Assembly: GCF_018977255.1 (NCBI RefSeq)
Contig: NW_024704742.1
Location: forward strand, 5,706,001 to 5,770,000
DNA length: 64,000 nt
Source: Callorhinchus milii
Taxonomy: Eukaryota
Direction of reading: 5' to 3'
The notes under the pieces were generated by a model, which was given only the letters and a program-made list of their open reading frames with translations, was not told where the DNA came from and ran no database searches. This document shows positions 26,600 to 39,712 of the stretch, piece after piece; within the stretch, counting starts at the first letter, position 1, and every line of letters begins with the position of its first letter. A program made the position numbers and the translations under genes.

Positions 26600-27560
26600 G
26601 CACAGCAAAGGAATTGTGTACATGCGTGGGCTGGAGGATACTGCAGAGGTAGAGTAACAAAAGTGAGAATCTTGCAGTCAATCCACTGTGGCAAAGGAAG
26701 CCAGTGGAGTCTGGTGATGATGGGCGCACAGAGCCTAATGGATGATACGATATGAACGCGTTCTGGATGAGCTGGAGCAAGTGGAAAGTCAGAAGGCTTG
26801 AAAGGAGAGCTTTCGAGAAATCAAGTTTAGAGGCGACAAAGGATAAGGGTTCCGACTATGTTGGATGTTGGAGTGAAATAGGGATGGAGACACATGATAT
26901 TTCACAGAGAAATGCCGTCTTGGTAAGACTGGTAAGATCTGATAAAACTGGAGAATATAGAGTTTGGAAGAACTGAGGGTAAGACACTGAATTCAGCACC
27001 TTGGGACGTCCTCCCGACGTGGAAGATGCTATACAAATGTAACTTTGTATTATATTGTAAATGCCAAGGTTGTGCAATGGCACAGTAAGCTAGAATGAGC
27101 TACCAGGAAAGTTATATATGGAGTCAAGAAAAAGGAGGTGCTGATGAGAGCTGAGTTGAATTACTTTGGTTTTGCTGATATTTAGCTGAAGGAAGCTTTG
27201 GCTCTTTGGGACTTGATGTCTGACGGAACAAAACTGGTCCTGGAATCGAGGATGGAGCTGGAAAGATAGAGTTGGATGTTATTGACATACATGTGGAAGG
27301 CAATCCAATTCCTGCAGAAGATGCCATGAAGAGGGAGCATATAAATGAGAGAAAAGTGAAGACTGAGGATCGAGTCATGGGTACTTCGCAGGTGACCACA
27401 TGAGGCGAAGGGAAGCTACTAGACGAGACATAATGGAGAATCTGGACATAAATTAAACCAGGAAAAAGTAGCTTCAATGGACTGGATCAGAGAGGAGAGA
27501 TGTGGGATGGAGAGGTTATCAATATTAGTGGAGACATTGAGGAGGACAAGGAAACCTGGT
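26600..27560 (-). mobile_element. Decayed L2 fragments (including a + strand L2 tail at ~26990-27050)
   Basis: Peptide-like LQLIQNAF..; gatagagttggatgttattgacatacatgtggaa matches the YADD region of the L2 at ~1431-1465. Confidence 0.65.
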
Positions 27561-28499
27561 TAGACCCTGCGGGATGGTATTAGTAAACATATTTGTCCCC
27601 CAAAACATTCTACTCTATAATACATTTGGGATAACAGCGGCAGTTCTCTCTTTACATGTTCTCAGTTTGATCATTTAAAATCCTACCTTGGCCAACTATT
27701 TTGTTGTTGTTCTGTTAAATACAAACCTGATTGAAATTTAAAAATAAACGTTACGACTCTATTGCATTCTGAAATACTTTCAAAATCCCCCAACTTTGGG
27801 GATAAAGTACTTTGTATTTAATTTAAGTACTGAGCTACAATTAAAGAAAGTTTATTGTATTTCACCTTGAGAGCCATCAATTAATCTTTTTAAGGGTACG
27901 TATGACTAACACCACAGGCTTCAAGTATGACGGCACCTTGTGGTCATCGTCAAACCCTGAATTGCTCCAGAGGCAAATAATATTATAACACCAGTTTTCT
28001 ATGATGACAGCTGAGCATTTAATAATAGTGGAGATAGACCTGCATCATCAAGGAGTCATGCCCAGGCTGACAAGATTATAACTATAACAGTAGCACAACA
28101 GCTGCTAGCATTTAAGGCAGAGCAACATTTTGATGTCTGCAACACAAGAGGTACTCTCATCAATTCAAAGAGTCTCTGAACAATGTCAGTAAGAAAACTA
28201 TACATACTCTTGTTTAGGGGACTTCCCTCCGAAAAATTTTCATCACCTAGAACTGCATCGCTTTCTATCCAGAAGTTTAAACAGAAAGTTAACAATCGCT
28301 TGTTTGAAAAAGAGAAACATTAAAAGGTATGAGGAGAAGACTGGGTCTCGGTAACCCAGTAATCACAAGTTGTTGTTCGTTGGGACTGAATATCGTGTGT
28401 TCCCAGCAATCGGCAGGTTCAAACCCATGAGATCTCCATCCCTCGTCAAATCTCTCTCCGGCATTCCGCCAAAGAATTTCATGTCCAAACACTCTGTGC

Positions 28500-29100
28500 G
28501 TTGTCACTGAGTCACCAACCAGTGGAAATGATGTCTCCCCTAATGACCCTATCAAAACCCTTCATAATTTAAAATCAGGTTACCCTCAACCTTCTTTGTT
28601 CCAATTGAAAAAAAACTCTCTGTTCCTCCAGGTACTGCTCATTGGCCAAACCACTCACGCCCGGTATCATCCTAGTACATCTCCTCTCCATCCCCTCTGT
28701 TGTCTTGACGTCTTTCCTAAACTGGGTGACCAATATTGGGCACAATATTCAAATTGGGGTGTAAGGAACGATTTACATAAGTTTAACATTACCTCTTTGT
28801 TTTTATACTCTATACCCCTATTTTTAATACACCAGATCCCAACTTACTTTTTGGACAGCTCCGCCCACTTGCCTTCCTCCTTTAATGTTAATCTCTAAGT
28901 CCCTCTGCTCTTTCGCTCCTTTTAAAATTGTACGACACAACATTATTCTTCTTTCAAGATTTAATCAGCTTGTCTAACCGTGGCTCATGCTTCAATCCTC
29001 ACCGAGGATCATCCTCATTGCTCTCCCCTGCACTGCCTCTGAGGTCTGGATAGCCCCTTTCTGTCTTGGCAACTGGAACTCGATATTCAGGCTGATGAGA
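28500..29100 (-). mobile_element. CR1 fragments
   Basis: ctatcaaaacccttcataattt; gggtgaccaatattgggcacaatattc (reverse reads EYCAQYWSP). Confidence 0.75.
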
Positions 29101-29114
29101 ACACTATAGATGCA

Positions 29115-29345
29115 TCCCACAGCCACTTCCCCTCGTTCCCTCCTTTGCCTCCTTCAAGGCACATCTCAAAACCCTAGTCTTCGACCACGCCTTCGGCCAT
29201 CCTCCTACCCTCGAGGCTCTCCACCCCTCTTGAACCCAATCCCCTGCTCGGGTCCAAATCCCTGATTGTCCAGCACCTTGGGACGTCCTCCCGATGTGCA
29301 AGATGCTATACAAATTTGTGGTGGTGGTGGTTGTTGTTGTTGTTG
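29115..29345 (+). mobile_element. L2 3' end with GGT/GTT tail
   Basis: tccttcaaggcacatctcaaaaccc ... gggacgtcctcccgatgtgcaagatgctatacaaat. Confidence 0.85.
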
Positions 29346-29498
29346 TATCTGATCTAAGATCATATTCAAGATTTGGGTTTTAACACTAGTGCAATCTAGA
29401 TACTGCTATATCAACAGCAGATACTGCCCATTAACCTTATTTAATTGCAGTTAAATGCCCTGTAAAATCCACAGCCAAATTATCCCTGAATGTTTACA
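29345..29498 (+). repeat. ~150 bp segment duplicated at ~30249-30401
   Basis: Both copies contain tatatcaacagcagatactg, ccttatttaattg and attatccctgaatgtttaca. Confidence 0.9.
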
Positions 29499-30840
29499 CA
29501 ATTCTGTGAAGTGCTTTGAGATATCCTCCCAATGTGAAAGCTACAATATCAGATACAAGGATTAGTTTATTATTATTTGCTTTTGGCTCAGGACACTTTT
29601 ACACAGAGTGAGGGGTGAGTCCATTCTTGCAGTCTGTGCAACTCTTGCTACACGTTTGTAATGTGATTGACTGAAGTTCACTATCATTTCCTCCTTGAGG
29701 CAGTTATGAAAATTATGATTAGCAAATCACCTCGTTACTCGTGTTTTTTTTTAATAATTTTGAAAAAAAAAGGAATGGGCAGTTTAAAATTACAGTTTGA
29801 AGGAAAATATGCTGCAGGAGGTACAGTTTGACAATGTGACGAAGTCTGATTGGCATCAGACGGCAAAGTTAATCCATCTTCTGGACTGACAAGATTCCAA
29901 ATTCTCAGCCAGATACTGTGAGCTTTCACTGTTTAAACAAAAAACGTTCAGAAATGAGTTGACAAAAATAGGGAAATGACGAGTGAAAATAAGGTGCAGG
30001 CAGCAGACTGTGGGAAGAGGCTTCCTGTGCCAAGGGAGAAATGTGGCCACTAGCCCCAGAATAGGTCGTTGGCCTCAGAGCTGGTCAAACCCACCCACTC
30101 TTAACCACTGCTCTGTAATCCTGAAGGCTATTTTGGTGCATCTACAGAAGTCAAAACATATAGCAGCAAATACATAGCACTACAAAATCAGGTGCATAAC
30201 TCGTACTTTTGCAAAAGTGTTTATTCCTCTTAAATGAAGGGATATGATATATCCGACCTAGGATGATATATATGATTTGGGCTTCAACACAAGTGCAATC
30301 GAGACACTGTTATATCAACAGCAGATACTGTCCATTCACCTTATTTAATTGGATTTAAATTCACAATAAAATCCACGACTAGATTATCCCTGAATGTTTA
30401 CAGTATTAGCAAACAAACAAACGCTTATTTATAGCGATCCACATTAAATGATCAGGATTAACCGACATTATGGCGAAAATTGCAATGTTTCTTAATAGAT
30501 TCAACATGTCGATTCTCACATTGAAGGGGAAAAGTTCTGCCTGGATATAGATTTACTCTGTGTAGTATTTTAATGCGTCCAGAGTTTGGCAAATTCTTAA
30601 ATATGGTCTTTGATTTTTGAACCCAGTTTTCTGCAAGTTTCTTTGAAGGACTACAGGAAACAGAATTCAAAGTTATGATTGAATTCAACAATTTGCCATA
30701 TTCACGATTTTCTAAAATGCGAAGTTAATTGAGTAAATCTAGGTCCAGACGAAATTTCTCCCCAGATCCTTTCTCCCCATTGATGTTAAGGAACATCATT
30801 ATTTTTACATTAGCCGCTGGGAACACTGAGCAGGTCAAGC

Positions 30841-31400
30841 AACAACAATCACAACTTGTATTTATTGTGGTGGAGGAGACAGTGGTGGAGTCTGACCCCG
30901 AGTCAGGGGTAGAGGGAGGGTGGAGGTGGCCATAAGGAAGGTCTTTAGGAAGCATTTGAAAGTGGGGAGGCAGGGGGACAAGGTGGAGGGATTGAGGTAG
31001 GGAGTTCCAGAGCTTTGAGGCGTAGTGGAAGGCACAGTCACTGATGGTGGAGGGTGGAGGGCAAGGGTCCAACAGGAGGCTGTAGCCAGCCAAGCAGGTG
31101 GAGGTGTAGGGGGTAAGCAAATTGGATAGGTAGGTGCGAAGGCATGAAGGGATTTGAAAACGAGTGAGAGGATCTTGAAGTCGATCCACTCGGTGATTGG
31201 GAGCCAGTGGAGCCTGGCAAGGACTAGTGTGATGGGGTGGGGTGGGGGGGGGGGCGGAGTTTTGTGCAGGTCAGTATCTGGACGGCGGAGTTCTGAGTTA
31301 ATTGAATTTTGTGTATGATGGAACTGGGAAGACCAGAGAGGAGGGCATTTGAAAAGCGCAGCCGGGAAGTGATTAAGGCGTGGACGAGGGCACGGGAGGG
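30841..31400 (-). mobile_element. L2 3' fragment
   Basis: [51 protein letters not shown]. Confidence 0.88.
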
Positions 31401-31424
31401 AGAAGCCATAGCCAGCGTTTATGA

Positions 31425-31497
31425 AGGGAGGAAAGTGAGTTAAAGTTTCAGGTCGATGACAGTTCTGACTGAAGGTCATTGACCTGAAACGTTAATT
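31425..31497. mobile_element. Core of a palindromic Penelope-type terminus
   Basis: gagttaaagtttcaggtcgatgac ... gtcattgacctgaaacgttaa inverted arms; same family as 32735-32958. Confidence 0.65.
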
Positions 31498-31640
31498 GTT
31501 TGTGGGACACTGCTGTGCACAATTGGCTGCCGTGTTTCGCCCGCACAATATACAGTCAATTCTGAAGCGCTTTGGGACGCCTCGAAGACATGATAAGGCG
31601 CTCTATCAAATGCAAGGATTATTATTATATTATTATTATA
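31496..31640 (+). mobile_element. SINE 3' half
   Basis: Deu core and ATT tail. Confidence 0.85.
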
Positions 31641-32734
31641 GGTATTCAATACAGCGGAGTGTGCCTTTACTGGTGAAGGACTTTCGATTGCCATGTCTCA
31701 CTGCATTATTTGTCCACGTTGAACAACAGGCTACTGTGTAAAATCGCTGCTGTGTGGTGCTTGCTGTAACGTATCGTGATCAAAGTTCCTCTTGAATTAC
31801 GGAGCCCTGCACTCTGCCGAGTGACAAGCTCACCTGGAGGTGATCGAACTCTGACCCGACATTATTAGCAAGCAGATCTGGGGAGCGCAGAGCAGCCAGT
31901 AAAATATTATGGGAATCATGAGCAAATTCTGAAAATTCAGCAAATACTGTTCAAGAACACAAGGATCACTGACTAAAGAGACTCAGACTCTTTCGAGTTT
32001 CATTGAGCGGAATCAGAGGAAACATGGTTAAAGTGTAACAAGCAACTCTTCTGTCAGTTCTGCACCTTCTGCACAATTCCTATATTAAAATTCCTCTCAA
32101 TGATGTGCACGAGGAAGGCTTGTGAACTGAATTCCATGAATCCTTTCAGCCAAATTATATTATTGGAAAACTTGCACACTGATTGCGATGCTATTACGAT
32201 GATAGTGGATATAAATAACTGTAGCATTTAACGTGATTTGTTTGTTTTAAACAAGGACGTCATATGCATCTGAACCTTGTGTAATGTAATTGTAGTGATT
32301 TATTAACCGTCTGTAGTACAGTAACAATATGGTTAAATGTTATGTAATGTCACAGTTATATATTTACTGACATTCACCCATTAATACTTCAAAAGTATTC
32401 TCTCTGGGCACTAATCTCTATTGTCATAAAACATATTGCAATTTCAATTAGATATTATATTGTGGTAAAACTGAGCCAGAAATGTCCCAGGTTCCATTCC
32501 TGGTCTGCACTGAATTTGCTGATCAAGACCAGGCCACAGGGAGAGAAAATTGATCTACTCAACTCTGGACTTAGCAAGAGAAATGAACAAAATTGTCCAG
32601 AGATCCTGCTCCTGATAGTAAATGATGACCACTGAGAGATCAAGACCAGTTTGGACTCAGATGCCTTCCATGGAGAACATAGCCTGTGACTTTTCTGTAT
32701 TCATACTGAAAGAATAATAATAACCTTTGCTATT

Positions 32735-32958
32735 AAAACAGAAGTCGCTGGAAACACTCAGCAGGTCAGGCAGCATCGATGGAGAGAGAAAAGTGAGTTA
32801 ATGTTTCAGGTCGATGAACTTTCTTCTCTGACAAAGATCATCAACCCGAAATGTTAACTCGCTTTCCGCTCTCCATAGATGCTGCCTGACCTGCTGAGTG
32901 TTCCCAGCGACTTCTGCTTTTATTTCAGATTTCCAGCATCTGCAGTATTTTGCCTTTT
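32735..32958. mobile_element. Palindromic (hairpin) Penelope-type element end
   Basis: Arms cagaagtcgctggaaacactcagcaggtcaggcagcatc and gatgctgcctgacctgctgagtgttcccagcgacttctg; followed by atttcagatttccagcatctgcagtatttt. Family assignment is from recall of shark repeats. Confidence 0.7.
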
Positions 32959-34847
32959 GATAATAATCCTTGCATTTGATACAGCTCCTTATCATGTCAT
33001 TGAGACCTCTCAAAACATCTCACAGGATTTTACCGTAAAGAACAACCGTGAAGTGTAGTGACTGTGTACTTGTAAGCAGCAGAATGATCACTTGGGCTAA
33101 GGTTGACGAAACAATATCCCAGCACAAGTCAGTGCCTTCAGAATGACACTTTGAGATGTTTCGAAGACGTGATGAGGTGCTATATCAAATGCAAGAATTA
33201 TTATTATTATTCAGTACACAACACTCGCAATGATAGAGGCAAAACAACACGATTGACATATTGCCCTCAGAGTATTAGCAATCAAGTACAATTGATAGAG
33301 TGTAAGAGTACAGTTCTTAAATCATACTGTAAATAGTAGCCAGAATATATACATCTGAACACAGAGTGCAGTCTCAAGTATTATGTTCGGGAAAGCAGTG
33401 AAAACTTGTATGAAACCTTTATGAACTCAAAGGAACACGATTTGTCTTAGAATGATTTACTCTGCGTAAACTGGGATTTGTAATAGTGTTCGCGAGGGAG
33501 ATCTGTGCGTGGTGGAGACTGCTGAAACCTCTCTTGCTCTCTCTGTGCTTCATCTCGTCTTGGCTCCTGACATCCGTGCAGTGCAATCAGACACTCCAAC
33601 GATATGCGCACGTGTGTGTGTGTGTGGGGGGGGTGTATGTGTTAGACTCAGATATAAAGGAGAAGACACACACAAGCGTGTCTTTACGTGGTGATTGGGT
33701 TTCCCTTTCTGTGTCCTATCCGTGAGATCCATGTCCTCTTTAATGATCCCTGTTTTCACTCGGTTGAAGCAGGACTGTGCTCATGCAGCTCGACGGTGAA
33801 CCTGACAAGGGCACGTCTTAACCAAATATTACACAGGTCACTTTAGCTCGTGCTTGTGACTCAGAAACATTCTCTTCAGCCGCTCTCAGACGATTCTATC
33901 CCCTGATAAATAAATGCGGTCACTTTTTCGAATCCCGAGGCTCAATTCTTTGGTGTTTGCCCACATGTATTTTCCTTAATAACCAGCAGGAAGCTGATTC
34001 CAGTACCAACTCAGTCTGTTTTCTGAGAGTTACTAAACAGCAGATGCTTTAGTGGGGTCATACTGACCTAGCAGAGAGAGAGATGGAGAGAGAGAGAAAA
34101 TAAATAAAAATGATCCAAGTGACCTACAGCTGCGGGAGGAGAGAGAATCGCTCTCCAACGGACATTAATGCCATGTGTGTCAGGGTGTGTGTGTGTGTGT
34201 GAGGGTTATTTTCGGGGGTGAGTGAGGAAGGGAGTATTTGTGTGTGGGTGGTGGTACGTGGAGGGGTATGTGGGTATATGTATGGTGCATTTGTGGGGAG
34301 GTGTAAGCGGGGTGTGTTTGTGCAGTGTGTTTGTGGGGGTGTATGCGCGTGTGTGTGTGTGTGTGTGGGGGGGGGGGAGGGGGGGGTACATGGGTCTGTG
34401 TGTGGCTCCACAGTGAGTGACCGGGTTGAGGCCTGTTTTGGTAAGAGAGCGGAAGATCGCTATATTTAACGTACAGTATATTTGCACGTTTAAGAAGTCC
34501 CAGAAATTGCCTGGAAATGCATAACCAATAGTAATTACGCTTAGCTGGAATTTCTGGCTCGGTAGACCGGACTTCCTACCCATTAGTCCAGCTAGCTGGG
34601 GCTTTAGTGTATTGTGTTATAATGAGGCTCACACTTCCCCTGCAATAACATTTAAATATTATTTGCTCGAGATTTCTCAGGCCTATACTGTCTATATTCA
34701 GTATTATCTCTTTGACGTGCCTATTACCATCTCTGTCTCCCGCCACCCCAACCCTCCACCTCCCCCCACCCACCCTATCAGTCGCTGTGAAACAGTCTAC
34801 ATCAAAAGTGCTATATAAATGCGAGTTGCAGTTGGCGTTCTATGTTA

Positions 34848-35065
34848 ATAATAACAATCCCTCCAAAACCAAAAGCAATAATAAAAATTGGTCATTTTCA
34901 ATCTATGACTGTTTGTGGGACATTGCTGTGCGCAATTGGCTGCCGCGTTCGCCCACAAATATACAGTCAATTCACTTTACAGTGTGTTCTGTGAAGCGCT
35001 TTGGGACGTCCTCCTGACGTGAAAAGCACTATATCAAATGCAAGGATTATTATTATTATTATTAT
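34848..35065 (+). mobile_element. Short-form SINE, 5'-truncated
   Basis: aatccctccaaaacc ... gggacgtcctcctgacgtgaaaagcact ... (ATT)n. Confidence 0.9.
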
Positions 35066-35439
35066 GTTCTAGGCATGTGAAATTGTAAGTGAATTATCTC
35101 TCAGAAAAGCCTCTTTGTTTTTAATAGGAGGGGTTTCCTCATGTTAGGTATCCAGGAAGAGAAATCATTCATTCAGGTCCGTTGAGCCTGTTCCACCAGT
35201 TTGTTGGATCAGGTGATTTGTGCCATGCCTTAATGTTTCACAAGTACTGTCTTTCTTTTAAGAATGTTATGAGCGAACTGTTTGATAGTAGAGATCGGGA
35301 TAGTACAGTATTTATAGACCTTATTTTATAAACCTCTACCTTTGTAAAATCTTAACTCTTCTGAAAACAAGGATGATAAAAACATACTTTTAAAATCACT
35401 CACATAAAATTAGTATGAAATCGTCTCCTCTGTAACATC

Positions 35440-36330
35440 TAGATGCTCCCGCTCAGCAATGTTATCTGCAGGAGTGGTGCTCACTTCCACATGTATGGCA
35501 GATGACACCCAACTCGATCTCTCTGCCTCCACTCTCGATTCCAAGACCATTGTTGTTCTGACCGATCGCCTGTTAGACGCCATTGACTCATTGGTTTCCC
35601 ATCCCTCAGCAGATCGAGTTCCACATCCTCGCACTAACGTTTAATTCCCTCTATGGCCTTGGCCCATCTTAACTCTGTGACTTCAACTTAGAAACCCAAT
35701 CATTCCCTCCGCTCAATGGTCACCTGCCTGCTTCACATCCCCCGCCTCACCCACTCTACCGTTGGCGGTTAAGCTTTCAGCATCTGCCTCGCAAGCGAGA
35801 GGATCTGGGTTCGATTCCCAGCAGGGCGAAACGTTGGACAAGTTTCATTACTCCACACGCCTCTGTTTACCTAGCAGTAAGTAGGAACCTGGTTGTTAGT
35901 CGATTGGCAGATCGCTTTTCCGGGTGTAATAATTCCTTCATAAAAAAACACTCAATCCATGACTGTTCGTGGGACGCTGCTGTGTGCAATTGGCTGCCCC
36001 GTTTCGCCCACAAAATATACAGTCAATTCACTTCACAGTGTATCCTGTGAAGCTCTTTGAGACGTCTCGAAGATGCCATAATGTGCTATATCAAATGCAA
36101 CGGTTATTATTATTATTATCTGTACTGACTCTCGGGAACTCCATTCTGGAGTCCATTCAACTCACCCCTTAACTCGTCTCCTTCAAGGTCCATCTCGAGA
36201 CCTTATCCTTTGACTGTGCTTTTGGCCATCTTCTAACTCCTCCTCCTTGGCTCCTGTGCAAACCTTAGACTGTCCAGCACCTTGAGACATTCCCGATATT
36301 AAAGGAGTTATATATACATGTAAATTTGTA
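35440..36330 (+). mobile_element. L2 fragment split by a long-form SINE (35786-36119)
   Basis: ttccacatgtatggcagatgacacccaactc (YADDTQL region); SINE from ctcgcaagcgagagg to the ATT tail; L2 3' end resumes afterwards. Confidence 0.8.
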
Positions 36331-37317
36331 TTTTTTCATGGTTGTTTGTGGAATATTGTTCTGTGCAAATTGGCTTCCATGATAGCTTACAAATACAGTC
36401 ACTCCACTTGTACAGTAAATCCTGTGAAACACTTTGAGATGCCCTCATGCTGTAAAAGGCACTATATCAAACGTAAAGATTATTATTATTTTATCCAGAA
36501 ATCCAAATCAATTCACAGGTCATGTACAATTCACCCTACCTGTCACTGTCTCTCTCTCCCCACCTAATTAATCGCACAAGGTACGGTTTGGTTTATGACC
36601 GAGTGATAAAGCTGTGGCGAAACAATAATACAAATCTGTCAAGTATTGTAGCCGCTACAGGCAGTTTTATAGAGATATTGATTGCGTATGACAGGCCAAA
36701 GGAACAGTGAACACTTTCACTACTTGGCTGCCTAGGAGGAAAACAATAATAATTCATGCACAGACACAACAGTGGTAAATAAAAGTGGTGTCTTGGGATG
36801 ACACTGAATAAGAATTGGGAGCTTAGAAAGAATAAAATGAAAAGTGACGGCAAAAGAAATGCATTCACAGCATTTTAAATGCCTTCCTCATTTTTACAAA
36901 ACCAACATCCAATACAAAACAAATCCCCCAGGGAGTTTGCTGGTAAAGGACGATAATGATTTATGAAGCCACCACTGAATTATTTTGCTGTAGGTATTCC
37001 AACGCTGTTATTCAAATTGACACCGTTATCTTAGATCAACTCAGTCCTCTGAGTTAAGAAGCTTTTCTTACAATAGTTTACAAATATAACAGGGATTGGT
37101 GTTCAGGCCTAATGTTTGCCTGACCTTTCTTTAGAGTTTAAATGGGTTGGGAGGAGCCCAAAGTAAAACAAACTCTGCTTGTTTTGTGCAAAGAGCAGGT
37201 TTGTTAAATCAAATGGTTGATTTCACATTTTCTGGTGCCGCTGCTTAAGCTCCACATGTCCAATTGGTGGAACCATTGCTCAATGGGTAAAGATACGTGC
37301 TTGACCTTTGGAATGGA

Positions 37318-37480
37318 ATATAATAATAATAATAATCATTGCATTTGATATAGCGCCTTTTCACATCTTCGAGACGTCTCAAAGCGCTTCATAGAATATA
37401 CTGTAAAGTGAACTGACTGTATATTTTGTGGGCGTAACGCGGCAGCCAATTGCGCACAGCAGCGTCCCCACAAACAGTTA
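37318..37480 (-). mobile_element. SINE 3' half
   Basis: (AAT)n-cattgcatttgatatagcgcc ... gcagccaattgcgcacagc. Confidence 0.88.
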
Positions 37481-37519
37481 TTATTATAGTGTTTCAAAGC
37501 ACACTACATGTAGTTGCTA

Positions 37520-37795
37520 TTGTGGTTTTAGTTCGTTAGATTCCAGCAGTTACCCCAACGCACACTCTGGGGTTCCCAAGCCTTGGCTCTTGCCAACCTG
37601 CGCCTGATGCTCTCCGGAAGCAGGATGCGTCCCTCCAGGGAGAGAGTGCACATTCCATTCCAACAACCTATCTCTGGGATTTCCATGTGTAGGTGGGCTG
37701 CGTGGAAATCTCAGCTTGGTTTGGATAACCTTAAGCACGGTGATGGATTTCCGCATGTGTCAGACACCCGACTGACCTCCCCCACCCAAAAAATA
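37520..37795 (+). mobile_element. Non-LTR 3' UTR copy
   Basis: Shared motifs ending gacacccgactgacctcccccacccaaaaaa. Confidence 0.8.
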
Positions 37796-39344
37796 ATTGC
37801 TATTAAGTGTGGCTGTTGTATTTGTAGACAAATTTGGGAGCCATTTGCACACAAGAGATTCTACAAGCATTTCTAAAGTGAATGACCAATTAAAGATTAT
37901 TGGCCTGGACACTAACAGAAACTCAAAGAAGCTAAGTAGGGGATTGAACCTTTGGCTTTAGGGGCATGTGCAGCTCAATCTAGCAATGGGAAATAGCTTT
38001 TCCACTGATCCATTGGGAGAGCGCTTTCTAGCAAATGCCTTAACATGTTTCACTTTATTCACTGTCTGTTTTGTGTTGACTGCTTGTACCCCATTCCATT
38101 TCTCACCCTCGGGACTTCTGCAAGTCTCTTGACTCATCTACTCTACCATCGGCAGCCGTGCCTGAAACCACTGGAACTCCCTGCCTCCATCCTTCTGCTC
38201 CTTTGCCCATCTTCGGATCACACCTGAAGACTTTCCTTTTTGACCGTGCCTACGGTTATCTCCACCTTCTCCCTGGCTGGATGTCAAACAGCGTCAAAAT
38301 TAAATGTTCACCGCATGTAAAGGGGAATATACACATGAAAATTGTTGTTGACTGTGAGAGTGGTTTAGCAGGACACTGCTGACCATTTCCCTCTCTGTAA
38401 ACAAAAATAAACAACACACAGCTGTCCTCTAAACTACACAGAGGATATAATCTTTCATCTCTAACAATGGGATGGAATGTCCTATTTGGGCCAACAAACC
38501 TCGATTTAGATGATGCAAAAAGCTGTGGTATTTTGGGTGCTGATTTCTGTTGTAACCACACACTAGTATCACTCTGCAGTTTACAGCCATTTCTCAGTAC
38601 ACCTGTGGCTCCGTGGTTCCTTTGCACAAAGCAACACCTTGCACCATCACCAGGGAGGGTAGGATTCAATCCAGAATTGGACATTTATGAATAAGGACTC
38701 TGTACCAGAAAATTATAGATATTTGTTGAATGACATGCTGCTTTCTCATCGTTCTGAAGGACAGCATATGAGCTGAGTGACGAAGGATACTGGGGCCAAT
38801 TTTCAAAAGTTTGGTGAGGTCAAGTCTAGGCAAGGACCAGGTATATGTGTACTCTTCTCATTGGTCTTGCAAACACGGTGAATGCGGGTTCCTAAAGAGC
38901 TTTCATTACTTCAAGGTCAGGACAAAAGTGAACAAAGCATCCCAATGGCAACCAATTTTCAACCCAATGAAAGTGCCCATTGAATGTCCTGCTACAGATT
39001 GAACCCATACTAAAAACTCCATGTGGTGTCTCAGTGGCTAAAGGCACCATCGGAAAATGCTGAAGATTATTGAACCGTTTCAGTCTTCGTATTTGAAACT
39101 TAGTGTAAAATGTGTGACTGGATAAGAACTTGGTAAAAAGATATATCTGAAGCAGGATATTCGTGAGAAGACCAATGTCCATCTAATCCACTCCATAGAA
39201 ATGAAATGATCACAGGACAAATATTTTGCATATTCTGAGCCTTCAATCCATTGTTTTAAAATTTAAGGTCATGCAGTAATTTGGAAAATTGTTAAATTCC
39301 ATTCTTAATTTGGGTATTGGTATTTCATTATTCTTTTTAAGATA

Positions 39345-39712
39345 ATAATAATAATCATAATCCTTGCATTTGATATAGTGCCTTATCAGGTCTCAAAACG
39401 CTTCACAGAATATACTGTAAAGTGAATTGATTGTATATTTTATGGGCGAAACCCAGCAGCCAATTGCCCACAGTAGTGTCCCACAAACAGTCATGGATTG
39501 AAGTGACCAAATTATTTTTATTTATCTTTGAAGGAATTATTAACCCCGGAAAAGCGATCGGCCAATTGACTATCAACCAGGTTCCTACATACTGTTAGGT
39601 AAATAGAGGAGTGTGGAGTAAGGAAACTTGCCCAACATTTCGCCCTACTGGGAATCCAACCCAGGTCCTCTCGCTTGCAAGGGGATTACTCTAACCATTG
39701 AGCTATAGGGCT
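39345..39712 (-). mobile_element. Full long-form SINE
   Basis: Head, central segment, Deu core and tail all present. Confidence 0.9.
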
